A stretch of 61,838 nucleotides of DNA, filler included, from 7 parts of 7 records of this genome joined end to end with filler, not necessarily neighbours in it; one strand, 5' to 3'. Positions 30,345 to 40,986 are shown, counted from the whole stretch's first letter. Program-made: numbers and translations. The notes: generated from the letters alone by a model not told the origin.

Positions 30345-32713
30345 TTATTTTTTTAAACTGAAAAAGAAGGTGGTTCCAATTCCTGGCTCGCTTTCCAACC
30401 ATACTTTTCCTTCGTATAAGTCTACTACTTTTTTTACAATGTTTAATCCAATACCGGTCGATTTTTCATAAGTTCCCAACGAGCTAAAAATCTTAAATAT
30501 TTTTTCGTGGTGTTCTTTTGCAATACCAATTCCATTGTCTTTTACTGAAAAAATAAAATGCGATTCATTTTCCGAATAATCAATCTCAACTTTTCCTATC
30601 TCTTTGTCGGTGTAATTTACTGCGTTACTAATTAAATTCTGAAAAAGTTGCTGAATTCGGGTTTCATCGGCAATTATTTCGGGAAGTTCTTTTTTTATGG
30701 TAACAGTAATATTTTCAGGAATAAAAATCATTTCAATTATTCCTGCCACCATTTTGTTCAGATCAATATTTTTATTCGAAATATTTCCTTTTTCAATGCT
30801 GGAATATTTTAGGATATTATCAATCAGATAATCCATTTTTTCTACTTTTTCCTGCATTAATTGAAGATTCATTAAACTTTTATCGCCAAGTTTTTCACGA
30901 AAATCTTCCATTGTCCAGCTGAGAAGAGCAGAAATATTACGAAGTGGAGATTTTAAATCGTGCGATACTATGTGTGCATATTCGTTTAGTTGTTCATTTT
31001 GAATGCCAAGATTTTTTAAGAGTTTTTCTTTTTGACTTTCCAGTTTTTTTTGTTGAGTTATATCGAGGTGAATTCCAATTGAACCAATTATATTTCCATT
31101 CATATCGTAACTTGGGGCACCACTAATTAACCAGTATCGTTTTTTCCCGCTTTTTATTCTAACTTTTATTTCATAAGAGTCAGAAATTCCATCATTTCGC
31201 TGGCTGTTATGTTCTTTAAAAACTTGCTCCGATTCGGGCATTAACAGGAGTTCTGATGCAATCCTTCCTTTTAATTCATTTAAACTATAACCCGACATTT
31301 CGCAAAAGCTTTGGTTGGCAAACAGAATTACATCTTTTTTATTTACCTCAACCAAACCAAGGTTCATGTTGGCAATAATATTGCTATACTTTTCTTTTGC
31401 GAGTGCAGGCTTTTCTGGTAGTTCTTTTTTAGTGTAATGTCGTCGTAACTCCACAGATGCCCTCTGTATTTCCCATCGTAATAAATTGGAATATAATTGC
31501 GCTCAAAAATTCGTCCGTCCTTCAGCTCCAATTCATCGCCAAGTGTTACTTTTTTATTTAGTAGTAATTGGTTTATTCGGTCAATAAATTTTTTAGGATT
31601 AGAAAATAAAACCTGCGATTGTTCTAAAGCCAATTTACGATCTGTTCCTTTTAATTTTTCGGGAGGCGTATTAATACCAAACATATTGCAAAACCGGTTA
31701 TTTGTAAGTAGTACTTTACGGTTTTCATCTTCAAGTAAAATACCCGTTTGAAGATTTACAATTAGTGTTGAGAGTCTGTTTTCAGATTCTTTTAACATCT
31801 CTTTAGCCAGCTTCTCTTCGGTAATATCTTCCATTGTAATTACCAAATGCTTTATTTCATCTGCATCATCTTTAACTGCTGTCACCGAAGTTTTTGTCCA
31901 TAAAATTAGCCCAGCCTTTGTAAAATATCTGTTTTCCAGAATAAAAGTATTTATCTCTTTGTTGTACAGTTTGCTGCGGTATTTCTCTGTTGTTGCGTTA
32001 TCATCGGGGTGAACCAGTGAATTCATGTCGAGCGAAGCAAGTTCGTTTTCGCTGTATCCAAGCATTTTACAAATGGCATTATTAGCCATTATAATTTTCA
32101 GGTTTTTAACTTCATATAGAGCAATTCCAATGGGCGAATGATCGACAATAGTATGTAATTGGCGTTTTTGTTCTTCGAGCAAGTTCTTTAGATTAACTTC
32201 CTCTGTTATATCTCTGGCAATTCCTTGAGCTCCAATAGGTTTTCCTTCTTTATTGTAGATTAAGCTGGCATTAATCTGAACAATTTTTTCCTCTTTATTT
32301 TTTGTAATTATTACTATTCTGTAATTCGAGAAGGTTCCGGTAAACAGTAATTGTTTAAACGAATTTCGGGAGTATTCAATGTATTCTTTTTTTACAAGTT
32401 TAATTAGATTTACTTTTTCCTTTTTTATATCGAATCCAAGAAGCTTAACTGCGGCATCGTTCATTTTCAGTACGTTTCCCTGAAAGTCCATTACCACGTA
32501 TGCATCAATTATATTAACAAAAACGCCTTGTAATTCCGACGTTTTTTCACTTAAAAGTTCTTCGAGCCTGTTATTTGTAGATTTTAAAGCCTTTGATAAA
32601 TCATAAAGTTCAGTTGATTTTTTTTCAAGGATATTTTCTGCTTGTTTACGGGCAGCTTTTTCTCTGTTTAGCGTTCGTTCGAGTAGTTGTATTTTCTTAG
32701 TTAATTCCTCCAT
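30345..32713 (-). CDS. Cytoplasmic multi-PAS sensor histidine kinase; frameshift ~31400
   Basis: N-terminal coiled coil, four PAS-like domains, H-box VSHDLKSPL, N-box NLISNA, DNGIG, GIGL. Confidence 0.9.
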
Positions 32714-33251
32714 TCAATGTTGAAATGATAAATTTTACCTTTGTTCCTTTTTCGTTTAATTTATGGAATTCCACTTTTGATTTACTATCGAAATGTTGGA
32801 ATGATTTTTCCATTAAAGCTTTGGCAAACATATACATCGCTCGTTCTGAGGTGTATACCATTTCTATTTTTTTACTGTCGCGTGCAGTGATGCTAAAAGT
32901 GGGAAGTTCTGCTTCTGGATAAAGTTTTCTTACCTGTACATGTATATGATCTTCTATGGAGGCCAGAAAATCAATAGGATCTGAATAGCTGGCAAAAATA
33001 TCGGGATGGTGGCTGGTTAGTGTGCTAAAAAAGTACAAACCATAGGTGTAAATCAGGTCATCGATAGAAATTCCTGTTTTTTTACTTAATGTAACAAGCA
33101 GGCTTTGCATTTCGAAAAAATCGTAGGTGCCAATCGATGTATAAATTCCATTCGATTTTAAGTCTGTTTCCGAAATTAGTTCGTCAACCATTTCCAATCC
33201 AAATTTGGATTCTATCATTTCAAAAAGTTCAGTAAAAACTATTCCTTTCAT
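32697..33251 (-). CDS. H-NOX / heme NO-binding domain protein
   Basis: MKGIVF start, proximal His in 'HIH..VRKLYP..LP.F', YxSxR (YTSER). Confidence 0.9.
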   Translation of the reverse strand: MKGIVFTELFEMIESKFGLEMVDELISETDLKSNGIYTSIGTYDFFEMQSLLVTLSKKTGISIDDLIYTYGLYFFSTLTSHHPDIFASYSDPIDFLASIEDHIHVQVRKLYPEAELPTFSITARDSKKIEMVYTSERAMYMFAKALMEKSFQHFDSKSKVEFHKLNEKGTKVKFIISTLNGGIN

Positions 33252-33275
33252 AAGTTTACAATTTTATTTTATCTG

Positions 33276-33689
33276 TTAACCTTTTATTAGTTCATTTAAA
33301 CTCCAGTATTCCATTGCAGTTTTTAATTTATAAACATAATCTTCGTATTTTAATGGTTTAATTAAATAACCTGCAATTCCAATTTTGTAACATTCGAGTA
33401 TGTCTCGCTGATTGGCCGAAGTAGTAAGTATAATAGTAGGAATGTATTTTAGTACTTCATCGGCTTTTAAAATTTTAAGAAACTCAATACCATTTATTTT
33501 TGGCATGTTTAAATCGAGAAAAATAATATCGGGAAGTTGCTCTTTTTTGTTAAGAAACTGAAGCGCTTCTTCGCCATTTTTTGCTTCAATAATTTGATGA
33601 GGTAGTTGTAACGACGAAATAGTACGATTGAGTTTCATTACTTCAATCGTATCGTCTTCAATTAAAAGTATCGTTAAATTTTTTTTCAT
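33276..33689 (-). CDS. Single-domain response regulator (Rcp1-like)
   Basis: IEDD, LPDIIFLDLNMPK, ILTTS, Y.IKP, YWS. Confidence 0.92.
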   Translation of the reverse strand: MKKNLTILLIEDDTIEVMKLNRTISSLQLPHQIIEAKNGEEALQFLNKKEQLPDIIFLDLNMPKINGIEFLKILKADEVLKYIPTIILTTSANQRDILECYKIGIAGYLIKPLKYEDYVYKLKTAMEYWSLNELIKG

Positions 33690-33763
33690 TTTATTTAATA
33701 AATGCAAATTACAATTTTACTAGCTTAAAAATGATATTTTATCTTATCTATTTTTGAGAACAT

Positions 33764-33817
33764 TCGTTAAATGAATAATTAAGGTTCGGTGAATGGCAAA
33801 AAAGTATCGACGAATGG
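33764..33817. promoter_or_regulatory. Putative LytTR-type direct-repeat operator (copy B, three half-sites)
   Basis: TCGTTAAATGA (33764), TCGGTGAATGG (33786), TCGACGAATGG (33807); 22/21-bp phase. Confidence 0.6.
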
Positions 33818-33964
33818 TTTTAGTAAAAAGTAAACTTACGGGATAAAAATTACCCCGCAAGTTGCTTCGAAGTTTTAAAGTTTATCTTTCATAAACTTCT
33901 TAACTTCATCAATTTAAATGAAATAAAAACTTGTTTTGAATACTTGAAAATATTAATTTATTTA

Positions 33965-34594
33965 TTAGTTAATAAGAAAACTTCCGTTGTATTTATTCCC
34001 CAATTCATCTGTTACTGCATACTTATAAAGACCATTTAGCCTTTCTTTTGCTTTGTATTTTATTTTATTGTTGAATTGAATATTTTCTATTTGTTGAATA
34101 TCTACGATTCTTCCTGTTAAATCGAAAACCCGTATTTCGGCTTGTTTTATTGGAACAGGAAGTTGTATTGTTGTGAATTGATTAAAGGGGTTTGGATAGT
34201 TGGTTATTTTATTTGAAAGATTTTCGAGATTTGTAGTATTTGCCGAAGTTATTGTATTTTTTGAAAATCCTGCATTGTTAATTTCAATAGAAAAAGGAAC
34301 AAAGTTATTGTAGTCACCTTGTATCGAAAAGACAATTCGATTTACTTTTTCAAGTTTATTGTTTTTGCCATTACTATCTACAAATTCATTGAAAAAGATG
34401 CTGTAATCGGTTAATTCAGAATTGGCGGGAATTGTTTTTCTCAAACGATTATTCCAGTCCTGTAAATCGTCGGTTAATAATATTATTTCTACAGCATGTG
34501 AATTTATAACAGAAAAGGTTAAAGAATTAAAATGTGTTACATCGAGCGATTGATGTCCGGGAAGAAGTTGGCGAAATAAATTTAGTGTTCCTTT
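33965..34594 (-). CDS. T9SS type-A C-terminal sorting domain protein, C-terminal fragment
   Basis: 'NYPNPF....I......I.VFDLTGR.V....GLY' CTD; frame is open to the contig edge. Confidence 0.82.
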   Translation of the reverse strand, partial: KGTLNLFRQLLPGHQSLDVTHFNSLTFSVINSHAVEIILLTDDLQDWNNRLRKTIPANSELTDYSIFFNEFVDSNGKNNKLEKVNRIVFSIQGDYNNFVPFSIEINNAGFSKNTITSANTTNLENLSNKITNYPNPFNQFTTIQLPVPIKQAEIRVFDLTGRIVDIQQIENIQFNNKIKYKAKERLNGLYKYAVTDELGNKYNGSFLIN

Positions 34595-34694
34595 NNNNNN
34601 NNNNNNNNNNNNNNNNNNNNNNNNNNNNNNNNNNNNNNTTAATTAATTAANNNNNNNNNNNNNNNNNNNNNNNNNNNNNNNNNNNNNNNNNNNN
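34595..34694. other. Artificial contig spacer
   Basis: N run with TTAATTAATTAA. Confidence 0.98.
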
Positions 34695-35222
34695 CCTGGT
34701 AAAGGCTTTGCCGGGATTTTCGGCCAGAAGCAGCAGGAGATCGAATTCCATGGTGGTCAGTTCTATGTCACCGCCGTTGACGCTGACCTGTCTGAAGTCC
34801 TTCCGGATAATATAGCTGCCGATATTCATCAGTTCGTTTCCCGCAGGCCGGCCCGCCCGGACCGTGCGCTCGAGGATTTTCCGGACCCGGATCAGCAGTT
34901 CCCGGGGAAGGAAGGGCTTGGCCAGGTAGTCGTCTCCGCCCATCTCAAGCCCGATGACCCGGTCCATGCTTCTGTCCCGGGCGGAGATGAAGATCACCGG
35001 CAGATCCCGGTTGACAGCCTTGATCTCCCGCAGGATCTCAAATCCGTCGATGCCGGGCAGCATGATGTCGAGTACCCAGAGATCCGCATCGTCCTCGGTG
35101 TGCTCCAGTGCGCTCTCTCCGTCTGCAAAGCTTTTGACGGTGTAGCCGTCCTTCTCCAGGTAGGATACCAGGATCTCCCGCAGCGACTGTTCGTCTTCGA
35201 CAAGGTTTATTCTGTATGACAA
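34695..35222 (-). CDS. OmpR-family response regulator (CssR-like), truncated by gap
   Basis: LVEDE, WVLDIMLP, ISARD, DDYLAKPF, LT..EFDLL. Confidence 0.9.
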
Positions 35223-35395
35223 TACCTGACTCCCTGACTGAGGCGGCTCCTTCCGGAGATGCCGTATTACATACCTTCAATATATCGCGCACCCGAAAGA
35301 ATGAACAAGGGCGAAACAGGAAATACGGATCAGAGAGGGACTCCTCTGTCTTTTGAAATCAGAACTTCGGCAGAATATAATTAAATTGAGGTAAT

Positions 35396-38026
35396 ATGAA
35401 GGTTAACATCACCTCCTTTTTTCTCCTTTTCTTTCTTTCTCTTTCTTTTTATAGGGTACCCGCCGGGGCGGATGAGGTACTGGAGCCGGACCATGTCCTT
35501 CTGCTGAACTCCTATGATCAGCGGAATATCTGGCTGAGGGATATTATCCGGGGAGTCGAAGACGTTCTGGAGCCGGACAGCAGCAATATCATTCTGCATA
35601 TAGATAATATGGATACCAAACAGTTTTATTCGCCGGAATACTTTGATGCCTACCGGAGGCTCCTGGGGGAGAAGTACCGGAACAGCCGCTTTTCCCTGAT
35701 CTTCTGCTCGGACAACAACGCCTTCGACTTTCTCCGGCAGTATGGTGATTCCCTTTTTCCGGGAGTCCCCGTGGTCTTTTGCGGTGTGAATGATTTCAAT
35801 GAGAATCTGATCCGGGATCATCCCGGGTTTACAGGAGTGGAGGAGGTCTTCTCTGCCAGGAATACGGTGGAAATGGCACTTTCTCTCCATCCGGGCACAA
35901 CGGAAGTATATATTATCAATGATTATCTGGTGACAGGCCGTGCCTGGCAGAGAGAAATGGAAAAGGATCTGCAGCCTCTGGAGGACCGGGTGACTCTTGC
36001 ATGGTCCGGAAATTTATCCATGGAACAGCTTCAGGAGCGTGTGACGGGACTGTCAAAGGATTCGGTTGTTCTGCTGGGGGCCTTTTTTGCCGATAGGGAT
36101 GGACGGTACTTCACCTATGAACGGGTGGGGGCCATGATCTCCGAGTCCAGCCGAGTTCCCGTTTACTGCCTGCTGGAGTTCAATATCGGACGGGGTGCGG
36201 TGGGCGGCGAAGTGATCAGCGGATACTATCAGGGCGAGGCTATGGCCCGGATCGGGAAAAGGGTACTGGCCGGGGAAAATCCTGCAGATATCCCTGTGAT
36301 CCGGGAAGGGGTAAACCGGATCATATTCGATTACAGGCAGCTGGAACGATTCGCTCTCAAACCTGCGGACCTGCCCGAAGGGAGCATGGTGATCAATCGG
36401 CCCTATTCCGTTTACAGGGAGTACAAACGGGAGATCTGGGCCGTTATCATTATGTTCTCGATTCTGCTGACTGCTGTGATTATTCTGATTATCAATATCC
36501 TCCGGCGGACCCGTGCTGAAACCGCCCTGCGGGAGAGTGAAAAACGGTTCCGGCAGCTGGCTGATGCGACCTGGGAAGGGGTTCTGATTCATGAACGGGG
36601 TGTGGCTCTTCAGGTAAACGATATGTTTCTGTCCATGTTCGGCTGCTCCCGGGAGGAAATCCTGGGGCAGGACACTCTCCCCAGGATTATAGCGCCTGAA
36701 TCCAGGGAGCTGGTGGCAGAGCGGATCGCCGCGGGGGATGTGTCTCCCTATGAAGCGGTGGGGATGAGGAAAGACGGATCTGTCTTTCCTGTAGAGATAC
36801 GGCTGCGGCTGATGGATTATCATGGCCGGCAGGTGCGCGTAGCTGCCATGAGAGATATGACGGAACAGAAGAAGATGGAGGAGCGTCTGACCCAGTCTCA
36901 GAAGATGCAGGCCATCGGTACCCTGGCCGGCGGTATCGCTCACGATTTCAATAACATTCTGAGTGCGGTGATCGGTTATGCGGATCTCGGTCTTCTCAAG
37001 GCGGAACAGGATTCCGGGCCCTATTCCTATTTCGGTCAAATTCTGACGGCGGGGAAACGGGCGCGGGAACTGGTACAGCAGATTCTGGCATTCAGCCGTC
37101 AGTCAAAGATGGTAAAACAGTCTGTTCCTGCCGGGAAGATAGTCAGAGAGACCTCGGAGATGCTGAGGGCATCGATCCCGTCGACCATCAAGATCAGGAC
37201 GGATATCAGTACCGAGGCCTGTGTCATGGCCGATCCGGTTCAGCTGCAGCAGATCGTCATGAATCTCTGCACCAATGCCGGTCATGCCATGCGGGAATCC
37301 GGCGGGATCCTGGAAATCCTTGTGAAGGAGGTAGAGCTGGGGAGCGACAGCCGGCTTGTCAGCCCGGATCTCCATCCCGGCCGGTATGTCCGGTTGACCG
37401 TCAGCGATACGGGCTGCGGGATGAGTGAGGAGATCCGATCGCGGATCTTCGATCCCTTTTATACCACCCGGGAAGAAGGGGAGGGGACCGGAATGGGACT
37501 GTCTGTGGTTCACGGCATCGTAACCGGCATGTCCGGTGCCATTACTGTTTACAGCTCTCCCGGAAAGGGATCGGCTTTCAATATTTTTCTTCCCGCCAGT
37601 GACAGAAAGGAGGAACAGTCTGCTCCGGAGGAGGCGAATATCCGTGGCGGAACGGAGCGGATCCTGCTTGTGGATGACGAATCGTTTCAGGTGGAGCTGG
37701 GGCTGGAAGTGCTGGGAACCCTCGGGTATCGGGTGACGGCCGTGACAAACAGTGAAGAGGCTCTGGAACTGTTCCGGGCGCAGCCCGATTCATTTGACCT
37801 TCTGGTAACCGATGTGACCATGCCGGAAATGACAGGAGATGTACTGGTGGAGAAGATTCATGAGATTCGTCCGGGGCTGCCGGTCGTCATCTGTACCGGT
37901 TACAGCGAGCGGATGTCCCGCAGCCGGCTCAGGGATATTGGTGTCCGGGATTTTGTGATGAAGCCCATGCTGCTTCGGGAAACCGCACAGAAAGTGCGTT
38001 CCGCTCTGGATTCGGGCAGCTCGTAA
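35396..38026 (+). CDS. Hybrid sensor kinase (ABC substrate-binding-like periplasmic domain, TM, PAS, HisKA/HATPase, REC)
   Basis: Signal peptide, PVVFCGVN, TM helix, GGIAHDFNN H-box, NLCTNA, GTGMGL, LLVDDE...TD..MP. Confidence 0.92.
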   Translation: MKVNITSFFLLFFLSLSFYRVPAGADEVLEPDHVLLLNSYDQRNIWLRDIIRGVEDVLEPDSSNIILHIDNMDTKQFYSPEYFDAYRRLLGEKYRNSRFSLIFCSDNNAFDFLRQYGDSLFPGVPVVFCGVNDFNENLIRDHPGFTGVEEVFSARNTVEMALSLHPGTTEVYIINDYLVTGRAWQREMEKDLQPLEDRVTLAWSGNLSMEQLQERVTGLSKDSVVLLGAFFADRDGRYFTYERVGAMISESSRVPVYCLLEFNIGRGAVGGEVISGYYQGEAMARIGKRVLAGENPADIPVIREGVNRIIFDYRQLERFALKPADLPEGSMVINRPYSVYREYKREIWAVIIMFSILLTAVIILIINILRRTRAETALRESEKRFRQLADATWEGVLIHERGVALQVNDMFLSMFGCSREEILGQDTLPRIIAPESRELVAERIAAGDVSPYEAVGMRKDGSVFPVEIRLRLMDYHGRQVRVAAMRDMTEQKKMEERLTQSQKMQAIGTLAGGIAHDFNNILSAVIGYADLGLLKAEQDSGPYSYFGQILTAGKRARELVQQILAFSRQSKMVKQSVPAGKIVRETSEMLRASIPSTIKIRTDISTEACVMADPVQLQQIVMNLCTNAGHAMRESGGILEILVKEVELGSDSRLVSPDLHPGRYVRLTVSDTGCGMSEEIRSRIFDPFYTTREEGEGTGMGLSVVHGIVTGMSGAITVYSSPGKGSAFNIFLPASDRKEEQSAPEEANIRGGTERILLVDDESFQVELGLEVLGTLGYRVTAVTNSEEALELFRAQPDSFDLLVTDVTMPEMTGDVLVEKIHEIRPGLPVVICTGYSERMSRSRLRDIGVRDFVMKPMLLRETAQKVRSALDSGSS

Positions 38027-38056
38027 TAAAGGATTCAGTCTCTGCAGGTCCGGCTG

Positions 38057-38617
38057 TCAGGATTGGGTGTTTTCCTCTCCGAGGTACCGTTTGACTTCCT
38101 GGGAGGATGCTTCAATCGGGCCGCTGACCAGGACAGGACGGGCCTGTATGTTTTCCGCATTCATCATGGAAGCCAGTCTCTGGAGAGATGATATAATCAT
38201 GGTTTTTTCCCAGTCTTCCAGTTTGTCGAACTGGTCTGAGAACTCTTCCTGCAGGAGAGCCGGATTGCTGTCCAGTATATCTTCCGCCTTTTCCGTCAGC
38301 TTGATATTGACTTTCCTTTTGTCCTTGGCGCTTCTCTGTCGGATTGCAAAGCCCTGCTGTTCCAGACGGTCAAGAATGCTGGTGACCGTGGCCTGGGACA
38401 GGCTTACCTGACGGGCTATTTCGGAAATGGGACGGTCGTGCGACTTTCTGATCTCCTTCAGGACAATCAGTTGGGGACCGGTAAGTCCGAACTTTTTTGT
38501 GAGCTTTTTTGACTGTAAATCAATAGCCCTGATAATTTGCCTTAGTGTGACAAGAACAATTTCTGATGAGTCCTGCAGTTCCATTCCGCTCTCTGTTTTA
38601 TTTGCTTCGACTAACAT
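38057..38617 (-). CDS. MarR-family regulator, EctR/CosR-like
   Basis: 'LRQIIRAIDL.SKKL....GLTGPQL', SLSQATVT.ILDRLE, DKR; divergent from compatible-solute ABC genes; GAAAGG RBS before ATG 38617. Confidence 0.85.
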   Translation of the reverse strand: MLVEANKTESGMELQDSSEIVLVTLRQIIRAIDLQSKKLTKKFGLTGPQLIVLKEIRKSHDRPISEIARQVSLSQATVTSILDRLEQQGFAIRQRSAKDKRKVNIKLTEKAEDILDSNPALLQEEFSDQFDKLEDWEKTMIISSLQRLASMMNAENIQARPVLVSGPIEASSQEVKRYLGEENTQS

Positions 38618-38653
38618 ATACCTTTCTCTTCGTTTTGTAAATAATCCAGATCC

Positions 38654-38713
38654 TTCCAGGGCGAAACATTCCAGGACGAAATATTCCAGGACGAAACATT
38701 CTAGCACTAAATA
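38654..38713. repeat. Tandem repeat, 4 x 15 bp
   Basis: TTCCAGGGCGAAACA / TTCCAGGACGAAATA / TTCCAGGACGAAACA / TTCTAGCACTAAATA. Confidence 0.9.
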
Positions 38714-38836
38714 TTAGGATTGAATGAAAAAACGTATTAATCAACCCCACAGCCAGGAGAATTGAAGTCTAATTGCATAATTTATGGTCTGTGCTTTTTT
38801 TTTAGGCTGAGAGAGGGTTTACAACTCTAAGAAATA

Positions 38837-38854
38837 ACTATAGAGTACTAAATA
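38837..38854. promoter_or_regulatory. Putative EctR-type operator upstream of proX
   Basis: ACTATAGA-GT-ACTAAATA pseudo-palindrome containing the TATTTAGT half-site (reverse complement). Confidence 0.55.
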
Positions 38855-38878
38855 AATAAGAGGAATGGAGAAGAAAAA

Positions 38879-39823
38879 ATGAGAAAAGTATTACTTTCAG
38901 TATTGATTCTGATGTCAGTTTTCGCTGTTTCCGCTTTTGCGGAAGGTCAGCAGGATGGCGATGTGACCACTATCGTATTCGGAGATGTGTCCTGGGACAG
39001 TGTTCAGGTACACAATAGAATCGCCGCTTTCATCATCGAGAACGGATTCGAAGGCTATAAAGCCGACTTTATTCCTGGCGATACACTGCCTATTATTAAC
39101 GGTATCCTTCAGGGTGATATCGATGTGGATATGGAATCCTGGCATTCCAATTTCCCCGAAGTCTACAAAAAGGGTATTGAGTCCGGAGACCTGGTGGATC
39201 TCGGACAGAATATGCCCGATGCCCCTCAGGGCTGGTGGGTCCCTCGGTATCTGGTTGAAGGACCTGACGCTCCGGCACCCAACCTGAAAAGTGTGGCTGA
39301 CCTGCCTCAGTATGCTCATCTGTTCAAAGATCCCGAAGATCGGTCCAAGGGGCTGGTTTACGGCGGAGTGGCCGGATGGTCTCAGATGAAAGTTTCCGAA
39401 AAGATTTTTGAAGAATACGGGCTGGAAGACACCTTCAATCTGGGTATCGCCGGTTCCAGTGCCGCTCTGGCGGGTACAATGGTCGGGGCCTATGAGAAGA
39501 AAGAAGCCTGGTGCGGTTATTACTGGGCGCCCACTGCCATTCTCGGCAAACTGGATATGATCCGTCTGAAAGGCAGCGAGTACGATCCCGCTATCGTAAA
39601 TATCCTTGTAAATAAATCCATGCTGGAAAAAGCTCCCGATGTAGTGGAGTTCCTGAAAAAATACTCAACCTCAGTGGATGACAACAATGAATTCCTGGCA
39701 AAAATGGATACCGAAAAATGGGATACCGAGCAGACCGCTGTGTGGTTCCTGAAGACCCGGGAAGATGTCTGGACTCAGTGGGTTTCCGCAGAGACGGCAG
39801 CAAAAGTCAAGGCGGCCCTTTAA
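38879..39823 (+). CDS. proX: Glycine betaine/proline ABC transporter substrate-binding protein
   Basis: Signal peptide, SWDS...N, MESW, QGWWVP, YYWAPT aromatic-cage motifs. Confidence 0.85.
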   Translation: MRKVLLSVLILMSVFAVSAFAEGQQDGDVTTIVFGDVSWDSVQVHNRIAAFIIENGFEGYKADFIPGDTLPIINGILQGDIDVDMESWHSNFPEVYKKGIESGDLVDLGQNMPDAPQGWWVPRYLVEGPDAPAPNLKSVADLPQYAHLFKDPEDRSKGLVYGGVAGWSQMKVSEKIFEEYGLEDTFNLGIAGSSAALAGTMVGAYEKKEAWCGYYWAPTAILGKLDMIRLKGSEYDPAIVNILVNKSMLEKAPDVVEFLKKYSTSVDDNNEFLAKMDTEKWDTEQTAVWFLKTREDVWTQWVSAETAAKVKAAL

Positions 39824-39832
39824 GGAATATCT

Positions 39833-40029
39833 ATGTCTGAACAGAACCATACCGGGGCGGAAGAAGCGCCTCAGATAATTATTAAAGATTTATGGAAAGT
39901 TTATGGACGGGATCCGAAACGGGTCCTCGGAAAGAACCTGCGGAACCTCAGCAAGGATGAGATCCAGAAGAAAACCGGCTGTATCGTCGGTATGCGGGAA
40001 ATCAACCTGGAGGTACGCAAAGGGGAATT
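39833..40029 (+). CDS. proV: Glycine betaine ABC ATP-binding subunit (ProV/OpuAA), N-terminal fragment
   Basis: 'I.IKDLWKVYG..P......SKDEI..KTGC.VG...INLEV.KGE'. Confidence 0.85.
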
Positions 40030-40129
40030 NNNNNNNNNNNNNNNNNNNNNNNNNNNNNNNNNNNNNNNNNNNNTTAATTAATTAANNNNNNNNNNNNNNN
40101 NNNNNNNNNNNNNNNNNNNNNNNNNNNNN
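40030..40129. other. Artificial contig spacer
   Basis: N run with TTAATTAATTAA. Confidence 0.98.
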
Positions 40130-40576
40130 AGGAACGCGTTGCAAAGCATCTGCAATATTTTCATCGGAATAGTTTCCTATGTCTTCCGGAGATATCGCTT
40201 CAACAATACTGGGTGCTTCCCTTTTGTATGCAATGGCTCTTTGTTCAGCACCTCTAAAACCAGTAACAACAATTTCATCTAATCGGGCAACATCTTCTTC
40301 TAAAACTACATTTATCGTTGTTTGGTTTCCTACGGTAATTTCCTGAGAAATCATACCAACAAAAGAGAAAATCAAAACGGTTTTGCTTGATACATTATTA
40401 ATTGTATAATTACCTTCGATATTGGTAGTAGTTCCATTGGTGGTACCTTTTTCAACTACGGTTACGCCAGGGAGTGGTTCTCCCGATGAGTCGGTTATGT
40501 TACCTGTTATATTCTGCGTTTGCCCAAAAACAGATAAACTTGTAACCCATAAAATAATAGTTAAAATTTTTTTCAT
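40130..40576 (-). CDS. TonB-dependent receptor, N-terminal fragment (carboxypeptidase-regulatory-like domain + start of plug)
   Basis: ITG.ITD..GEPLPGVTV..KGTT.GT.T...G.Y, LDEIVVTG, DENIADALQRVP. Confidence 0.88.
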
Positions 40577-40752
40577 AATACAAGAATTAAGTTTGATTTT
40601 AGAATAGCAACACGAATGTTGCCCATTCAATAATTTTATACATCAAACCTATTGCAAGCTGTTTACAGAATCTTTCTCAAATCAAAATTTTTCTTGCTCT
40701 AATCTTACGTAGGAATAGAGACCCTGTTGCCGACTGACTACGAGCGCATTAG

Positions 40753-40805
40753 CAAACATACTTGCTCTATTTAATCAGATTGTAACTATTTCATCCTGAT
40801 TGTAA
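40753..40805 (-). promoter_or_regulatory. Bacteroidota -7 box with upstream direct repeats (candidate HTCS binding site)
   Basis: Minus-strand TATGTTTG (TAnnTTTG) at 40753-40760; GATTGTAA repeated at 40778 and 40798. Confidence 0.55.
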
Positions 40806-40986
40806 TATTTTTAATCGATGCGACAATAAAAACTCTGGGATAACAAGTTCATTAGAATAATGATACGATTACTTTCACCCGAAATATGCGTTATACACTT
40901 TGCAGTATACCATTATTAAAAAGGTAAGCTTTGCAAACTATGGATGTTTTACGAAAAAAAATCAACAGGAGTTGACACACATCAAG

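Noticed and set aside
38654-38713. CRISPR array, or coding N-terminal extension of MarR (ORF start 38707)
   Set aside because: Units are contiguous with no spacers, and the RBS supports a start at 38617
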